Source of the DNA: the human T2T-CHM13v2.0 reference genome, Homo sapiens
Assembly (NCBI RefSeq): GCF_009914755.1
Contig: NC_060926.1
Length of the DNA stretch: 64,000 bases
Reading direction: 5' to 3' (one strand)
The notes under the pieces: model-generated
What the model saw: only the letters and a program-made list of their open reading frames with translations
The model's database searches: none
Told to the model about the DNA's origin: nothing
Shown here: in pieces, positions 55,841 through 64,000 of the stretch
Layout: each line of letters starts with the position of its first letter
How positions within the stretch are numbered: position 1 is the first letter of the stretch
Position numbers and translations under genes: made by a program

Positions 55841-56419
55841 CAATGCTAACAATATATGGCTATGTTTATAATTGGCAATGATGGCATAATCAGAATAGTA
55901 ATAAGATCAGACAAAATAAAACTAATTTGAATCTAAATAGAATTACCAAATATTCTAGGCATTTTTACCCAAGTCTTCTCTAGCCATTTAAACCTTTGTA
56001 AGAATCAGCTTAAAAATAATGGAACAGATTTGCATAAGTAATACCAATCTGAAAGCTTTCAATGAGTTAATATTTAGGCACCATTATGCATAATGATGTA
56101 TTGATTAGATAGAAAATTAAATGGTGAATCCAGATAACCAAGTGACCTCAGGAAATTTGGCATAGAAGATGACCAAAGCTGCTGCCAAAATGCATACCTT
56201 CATTGTCAATGTGGACTTCAGGACTTGAGCCAGCTTTCATATTCACAGTATGTAAGTAGTTCTAGCAGGGAACTCTGTGTGACACTGACTGGTATGTCAG
56301 GGTAACCAAAAACGTAGTCCTGAAAATCAAGCTAGTGTTGCCATGATTGTCATATAAAATATTTTCATTGCAGAGATCACTGAGAGCAACTAAAATACAA
56401 AATAGAAAATTAAAAATAA

Positions 56420-56682
56420 TGGTAGACAACATTTACTGAAACCTCAATGTTTAATGCCAGGTAATATTGTAAGTGAACTAAAGGTTTGCAACAAACCTAT
56501 AGAATATAGATTCTGTTGTTATTATTGTTATCAACTTTGTATAGATGAAAACACTGGAGTTGGAGAAACGGTAGGAAATGCCTAGAGCTATGCAGTTACT
56601 AAGTAGTGGAGCTGGTAATCTCACTCAAACAATACGCCACTAGAGCCCACATTCTGTTAAAAACTATACTACCCTGCCTCTA
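56420..56682 (-). mobile_element. MIR remnant
   Basis: aacatttactga...aacaaacctat...tagatgaaaacactggag...ctaagtagtggagctgg...ctgcctc. Confidence 0.65.
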
Positions 56683-57580
56683 AGAGCAGTGCAAGAGAGA
56701 AGAGATATGTGGATCATGTGCTTATTTATACCACTAATGTGTTTAAGCCATGTTGCCTCAATCTATTTCCAGACTACATAGTTCTTAGAGAATATGGTAA
56801 GGTATTTGATGTAATATTATAAGAATAACATTAATATTCTAAAGTCATATTTGTAAACTTATTGTAAATCTGGGCCATTTATTTCTTCTAAAAGTGTTTT
56901 CAAGCATTTTTGTTAGATGTCCAACAGACTTAATTGAATACAAAAGTGTTTTTGGTGAATTCATGAATGACTGAATGAATAAATTTAACTAAATAGATTG
57001 GTGGGACATCCTTCTATCAGTCCTATAATTTCCCATACTGTTTACTGAAAAATATTTTTGTGTAAAAACTGGTTTTAAGGACACATGCAGTTTACATAAG
57101 GCCTCTGTATTACAGGAATCTAGGCAGCCTATAGTCATAACCAAATACTAAGAATTATATGAAGTCCATTTCAAAGTGATGAAAGTTAAAAAGAAATGAT
57201 TGCGAGTAGAATAATAAACACCATATATTTGACATAGGCTTAAATAATAAAAAAATGACTTATGAACTGACATTAGGGCAGCTGTAAGTTTCAACCTGTA
57301 AATTCATTGGAAGACAACCTTGAATGACAAAGACAAACTAAAGACAGCAATCTGGAAAAGAAAACCAACAAAAATACCAAACTGATAGAAACTGACATGA
57401 TAAATATATAGTGTAAATGGGGAAGAGGGCAGTTCTCACTTGATAGAGGCCATTGTTATCTAAGTTAAAACTGCATTAGCAAAGAACTTGTAAAATTTAT
57501 AAACAGTAAGTGAATTATGTGTGTATTATTTGGAAATGACCCTCCATTGTTAAGATGAAAGGGTGAAGAAGAAAGAGGAG

Positions 57581-57832
57581 TTCTGATATATGTATTCATT
57601 GTATAGTGATTAAATCAGAGTAATGAGGATATCCATCACCTCAGACATGTATTATTTCTTTGTAGGGAGAACATTCAGAATCCTCTTTTCTAACTATTTG
57701 GAAAAATAAAATACATTGTTGTGAACTATATTGACCTTAATGTGGCAAAGGACACCACATCACATTGAACCTCATAAATATGTAAAATTATTATATATCA
57801 ACTTAAGTTAAATAAATTGTACTTAAAAAAAG
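57581..57832 (+). mobile_element. L1MA 3' end with twin-primed 5' inversion
   Basis: 57581-57756 is antisense L1MA 3'UTR. 57757-57832 is the sense terminal piece with A tail. Confidence 0.75.
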
Positions 57833-60123
57833 AAATGGGCTATGTTTTAGTGTTTGCCTTACTTTAATTGCATGCATTTTAATGTAAAACTGTGATTCAA
57901 CCCTTCTAAAATCACTAGTTTTATAGTAAATAGACTACCAAGAGCCACAAAAACAATGTTACGACAGAATACAGCCAAAGACTTGAAGTGTTTCCAGGTA
58001 TAATTTTGGGAAATAACTAGAAAGATATTGTATATAAACACAATAGAAAAAGGCAATTTTTGGCCATTCTGCTAAAATAAATTTTCTGTTTCTTTCAGTA
58101 ATAAAACGTTTCCAAAATAATTTGAATATATACCTTCTTTTCTTCAAAGTATGTTTTAGTCATTTTATAACGTTGCCTGAAATCATGAGTAAGAAGGCAA
58201 ATTAATATCTAGTTTGATTCAAATGAGGTTAGCTGTTTTGCCTGCCACTGCTTACAGTCATTTTATTATGCCTTAGGAACATTTTATCTAAAGGGAGAAA
58301 AGAAAGGTTTAGTGCCACTAGATGTCTAGAATAATCAAATGGCCATTAACAGCTTGATTTTCTTAAAAATCAGGTTCTTTTTTTTCTCCAGGTTGATATC
58401 ATAAAAATATGAAGGCAAATTAAATGCTATGCATTCATAGTACAGTCTCTCTGGGAAAATGCTATTACTGTAGAATTGCTAACCAGTAACAAATTACTAC
58501 AATTAGAGTTAACTGAGTGTTGTTTTAAGGCCACTCTATGTCACTAAAGTTATGTGATTCCAGAATTTGTGTTTCTTGCATTAATATTAAGACTCTCTGA
58601 GTGCATAAGGGGAGATACTTAATGATTATTCATTTGATAAAGCACTTTGGTGTTAAAAAGAGTTCTTTAGAGTTTAGATTCTTGTAAATCTGAAGTAATT
58701 ATAGGTCTTTGGAGAAATTTGTCTGTATTTTTATTTTAAAATAAGAGCTAGAAGGAAAATCACTCTTTGTAAGCCAGTTGTAGAATAAAAATAAAAATAA
58801 AAATAAACTATACTTGTTTTCTTTTTAAAGAACCTTGTTTTCACTGCTATGTCTAAGAATTAAAAGTCTGTGTGTACTAATATATGCTAATTGTATCAAT
58901 AATTGCATAGTCACAACCCTTTATCTATGATCATTTCCTTCAATAATCTGTCAAATTTTGATTTTTTGAGACAACTGGAATGCAACTGTTTAAAAGCTGT
59001 TACATGCTATAGAGATATGAATTTACATGCAAGAAACTGAAGTATTTATGGTAGAAGTTATGTGCATTTCATATTTTAGCTCTTCAGGCAGTCATCCTTT
59101 GGCTTACGATTCCTCAAACCTAATTCATCAGTTTCTGATTTTGAATCTGAATAATCCCTTTAGTTTTTCCAGTTCTGCCACTTTAAATTTCTAATCCTGA
59201 CTCCTGATTTCTTCTCTATTCCTAACTCCCTTCTTTACTTCTATATTTATGATATCATCCTGATAAAGAGTTCACTAAGCAAAATTTTAACTACCACCTT
59301 GAAACTTTGATTTCAAAACTGATCTGGTTCATAATAAAGATATTATCCTGATTAACAATAAATGTAATGTCACTTTTCTCAGTCACGTACATATGTCGTA
59401 AAGTATCCAATAGCACACTGAATGGAGAAATTCAGGGAAGCAGCAATTTACAGTTAATATTTGAGTTACAATTATGTGACATTTTTTATGGAGTCACGTT
59501 TACATAGGTTAATTTGCCTCTGTATGTTATGTGTATATGTTATGTATATCTATGTAGAGATATACTTAAAACAACTTTATTAAGTAATGGCAGTTTTGTT
59601 CCTTCTCATTTTGTCAGCCAATTTTATAAGCATATTTATACCTAACAACTCAGTAAATATTGTTTGAATATCTGGGCTTTTAATGTCTATGCATATGTCA
59701 TATTATGCATATCAGAATTTTCTGTCTGGCTTCTTTTGTTTTTTGCAGTAGCTCCTTTTTGATTATAAGCAATTTAATTGCAATATAACCATTACAGCTT
59801 CTACAACACAAAGGCTTCTTTTTCTTACATTTCGTGAAGTGTTTACTACCCAAATAATTTTAATGGAAAAACTGTAGTATTTACTATGAAAAGTTTGAGT
59901 GTTATATACGTATTTTCTCAGAATCACAATCACTGTTGCTAAAAAGTAGTTTTATCACTGGCTTGTTTGAACCAACCTAGTATAAATGGAATCTGTTAGA
60001 GTTTGATTTAAAATAAACATACCACAAACAAAATATTGCTAAACCCTGTTCCATAAAGCATGCATAGTGAACACATATACTCTAGTTATAGTTAATAATC
60101 ATTGAAATGAAAATATCAATGCA

Positions 60124-60520
<397 letters not shown>

Positions 60521-60857
60521 TTATAAAAAAAGTGAAATTTATAATAGTGCATATATAAAATCCAGAATAATTTGTTTTGAAGATAAATCTGTTGAGCCTA
60601 ATTAAAACTAGAAATTCAACATGATAAATCTCATAGGACTATACTTTTTTCAAAATTACAAAATTTTTAGGATAAACTACTTTGTTTTATTTCAAAGATG
60701 CGAAAAGTTCTCTAAGGACCTTAAAGAGAGTTGTAGGGGTACCACCAGCCACAATGTTAATATATTAAGATACAATTATACCTGATAAGTGAATCTATAG
60801 TAATGATTGGTATTTAGAGAAGAGAGAGAACACTTTCAGATTGAGTTTCAGGAAATC

Positions 60858-61128
60858 TTTTTTTTTTTTGACACCGAGTTTCACTCTTGTTGCCCAGGCT
60901 GGAGTGCAGTGGCGCCATCTCTACTCACGGCAACCCCCGCCTCCCGAGATCAAGCAATTCAACTCCCTCAGCCTTCCTGAGTAGCTGGGATTATAGGCAT
61001 GCTCCAACATGCCTGACTAATTTTGTAGTTTTAGTAGAGACGGGGTTTCTCCATATTGGTCAGGCTGGTCTCGAACTCCCAACCTCAGATGATCCACCCG
61101 CCTCAGCCTCCCAAAGTCCTGGGATTAC
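60858..61128 (-). mobile_element. AluSp/Sq-like
   Basis: gagtttcactcttgttgcccagg diagnostic. Truncated at gggattac. Confidence 0.9.
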
Positions 61129-61389
61129 TTCTTAAAAGAGGTTAAAAAGAATATAGGTAGAATTTCCAACAGAGAAATAGGAAGGACATTGAAAGAGTGG
61201 ATCCATATGGAGTGTGTTGAAAAGATGTTCAAAGTTATAGTTTAGGTTAAGTTCTTGTGGAAGATTAGTGAAAAAATAAATTAGTCAGAGTCCTAGGTTT
61301 TTGAAATCCCTTGAATTAAAAAGAGTTAAGAGGTTTGAACTTTGGTTAATAGAATTTTTTGAAGACAGAATGGAAAGCCCAAAGCAAAT

Positions 61390-61800
61390 ATCTTAGCCTG
61401 GGTTTCTAAGAACACAGAGCCTGAGGGTAAGCTTATATGCTTTTATTTTCTTAGGGAATGAATCTCAAAGCACAAAAGTGAGGGACAATGCATTGACACT
61501 GGGAAGGATAAAAAGCCTGAATGACACTGGTCGCTAACAACTGACTGCTCAAACCTTGAGGGGATGCCCTGAGAATCCTTGTAGACTCTGCTTGGACTGT
61601 TTCTCATGGAAAGAAAGAAGAAAGTAAGAATAGTTCTCAAATTACAATTGGTTAAACAATTTGAGAACAATTCTCAAATCACATTGGTTAAACATTCACA
61701 CCATAAGTTGTTAATACTCCTGCTCTTTCAGATTATAAATTGGGCAAGAAATGAGGCAGTGTTAGATTGCACCTGTTTGAGGTTAATCAGAGCCTAAGCA
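61390..61800. mobile_element. Old ERVL LTR remnant (LTR16/LTR40-like)
   Basis: tcttagcctgggtttctaagaacacagagcctgag...tttatt motif. Confidence 0.4.
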
Positions 61801-62579
61801 GAGATGAGACTGGAAGAAGTGATGCCTGGATGATAGGAAATATGTAGGAGATTTCTGATAGTTGCGATATTTTAGGAAAACTGGTTTCATAGCATAATTG
61901 AGAAAAGGATATTGAAGACAGTAAGCCCAGTTAGAAAAATTTTAAAATAGCCCAGGTGAACATAGTGAAGAACTTTATTGACGTAGTGGTATTTGGAATA
62001 GGAAGAAAGGAGTGACTATGAAAAGGTACAGGCAAAATAAATTTTCAGAGCATAGCAGGTGACTGGATATGGGAATGTAAAAATAAATATGATATTACAT
62101 ATGTACGCCCTGATTTCAATAGTAACAATTTTCTAATCGTGTATATGAAGAGTGTAGCTAAAAAGATAACCCAGAATATATTCTCATTTTCATATTTAAT
62201 AAATGTTTTCTGCTTTTTTCTTCAGAGTACAACTACAATTATAACCTCAGTCATTTTTGTAGTAACCCAAGGGGTTAGGAGATGACAGTTCTCTGAAGGC
62301 ATGGTACCTATTTTTTTTCTTTCCCTGAAGTGTACGTTTGTGCTACATGATTAATAATTTATTTCAGATAGTTTATATGGACTATTTTTTAAGAAAAACA
62401 ACTTCCTTTCACACATAAATACACACACATAACACACACACACACATAAACACAATGAATACGCATCTTGGCAAATGACCATTTCATGTGCTGGGGTGGT
62501 AGAAAATGTGGTTTGGGGCTTAAAACACAAAAAATCATGGCTTTCTTTTCACAAAAGTTATTGAACAACAGATTGACAC

Positions 62580-63900
62580 CTGACATTACCTCTACCTCTG
62601 CTACCATGGCACCTTTTTTTATGAGCCATGGATCAATGAGAAGAGTAGCTGAGGAAAGAGGCTGACTGCTATTCACTTGATTATTAAAACCCTTTGCTGC
62701 TGAGGTCACCTTTTGGTGACTATTCACATGGGACACAAACACCTTCTTGTTCTCTCCCCCACACCCCCATACAGTGAGCTCTATCAACATAACTCTTCAC
62801 CAGACTTCTTTATCACTATTTTTTCAGTCATGTTCCTTCCAAGTCCCTGACCATTCAGCCAAACCAGTGGATACAGCCCATGAGTTGGTATATTATCACA
62901 CATCTGGCCACTTCTCCTTCCAAGCAAAGTGAACAATCGCTGTTGTTTGAGGCTGTCTCAGAAAGAGGCTGTAGTCCTGCAGCTGTCCACTTTAAGGTGG
63001 TGTGTACATGGTATATGTTGTACAGGCTCATTCGTTAACCAGACCTGAGTCTTCTTCCTCTGTTAAGTAATTTTTGGGAACTCCTCATGAGGTGATAGGC
63101 AGAGAAGGCAGTACAGCGAAAGTGCAGGCTAGGGGCATTGAAGCCATTTCATCATGTAACTTACTTGTTAGTTCAGGGTGTGATCATGTATATACCATTT
63201 TCATTTGTTGATAGAGAGCTGCTGATAACTTTAAAATTTATGGTTAGGTGGCTCAGATGACTGAGCCTCTGGCTTTAATGACATGAAGGTGACTGAGAGT
63301 TGTCTAGCCTGACATTTCAGTGAGAGATATGGAGCCTTCAGATGATCTTCCCCTATCTTGTGAAATACCTGACCATCAGGATAGCTGTGGTTTAGGACTA
63401 CATATTAGACCATACAGCTGTAATAGTTTTGATTGCACTCTATGTTTCATTATTCATTGGAGAGCTGGTATCCACAATATCCAACTTCGTGTGTCAATAT
63501 ATCATGTGTTTAAACATTTGGAATTTTTGTAGGAAATGTGTTCTATACTGATGAGCATTTACTACTTTCTTCTACAAAATAGAATTAAAACTACATGAAT
63601 ATCATTGGGAAGTAAGCCAGACAGAGTTTATATGTGTATTTCAATAGTTTTAGTAAAGCATATCAGCTTATCAGGAGTCCTTATGTGCCACATTTTTATG
63701 TGAAAATCTTTTACCTGAAATGCCAGGTTTGTTAACTTCATAGGCATAAAGAGATTCAAGGCTGCCAATTGTCTACTGCTTTATAACTTGTATTGACTCA
63801 TTAGGACTGACCTTGCAGATCCAAATATAGTATGGAAATATTACATTGAAGAACGTTAACTTTTTTTTTAGAATGGAGGTGTTCTTCCTTTCTCTGAAAC
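62580..63900 (-). mobile_element. ERVL internal remnant (pol RNase H region and upstream sequence)
   Basis: ORF 62389-62790 contains KVFVSHVNSHQKVTSAAKGFNNQV, matching ERVL pol KIFVSHVNAHQ..TS.EE.FNNQV. The right boundary is uncertain. Confidence 0.75.
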
Positions 63901-64000
63901 CACTCACCTAGCCACTCTTAATATGTGTACATGGGTAATTTTGGAGGGAGTGTGTGGGGAAAGAATTACAATTTTATTTCATTTTTACTTTATTCTATAA

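Noticed and set aside
58375-58395. Strong plus-strand splice acceptors (also ~21312 and ~40002)
   Set aside because: No matching donor or coding frame could be identified.

Overview
AT-rich, CpG-poor, repeat-dense primate genomic DNA, probably human or another ape, given AluY and AluYd-lineage elements. It looks intergenic or deep-intronic. I find no protein-coding gene, RNA gene or CRISPR array. Every ORF in the track that I can interpret comes from a transposable element or simple repeat. Main contents: a near full-length decayed L1PA15-17-like LINE (2.4-9.2 kb); THE1 and MER50 solo LTRs; four MER52-family LTRs, one with an expanded internal array of ~68-bp units; a MER61-like LTR; about eleven Alus; MLT/MIR/L1M relics; and an ERVL pol remnant at the right end. 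The most notable structure is an ancient two-LTR ERV1 provirus on the minus strand (~10.8-16.0 kb). It retains a PBS-like site, splice donor, gag zinc knuckle, env TM motif and polypurine tract, but has no room for pol. There are also small repair and retrotransposition scars: templated inverted insertions, ultra-short L1 tails and twin-primed inversions. I see no evidence for a new biological system. Subfamily names are recalled from consensus sequences and need RepeatMasker/Dfam confirmation.
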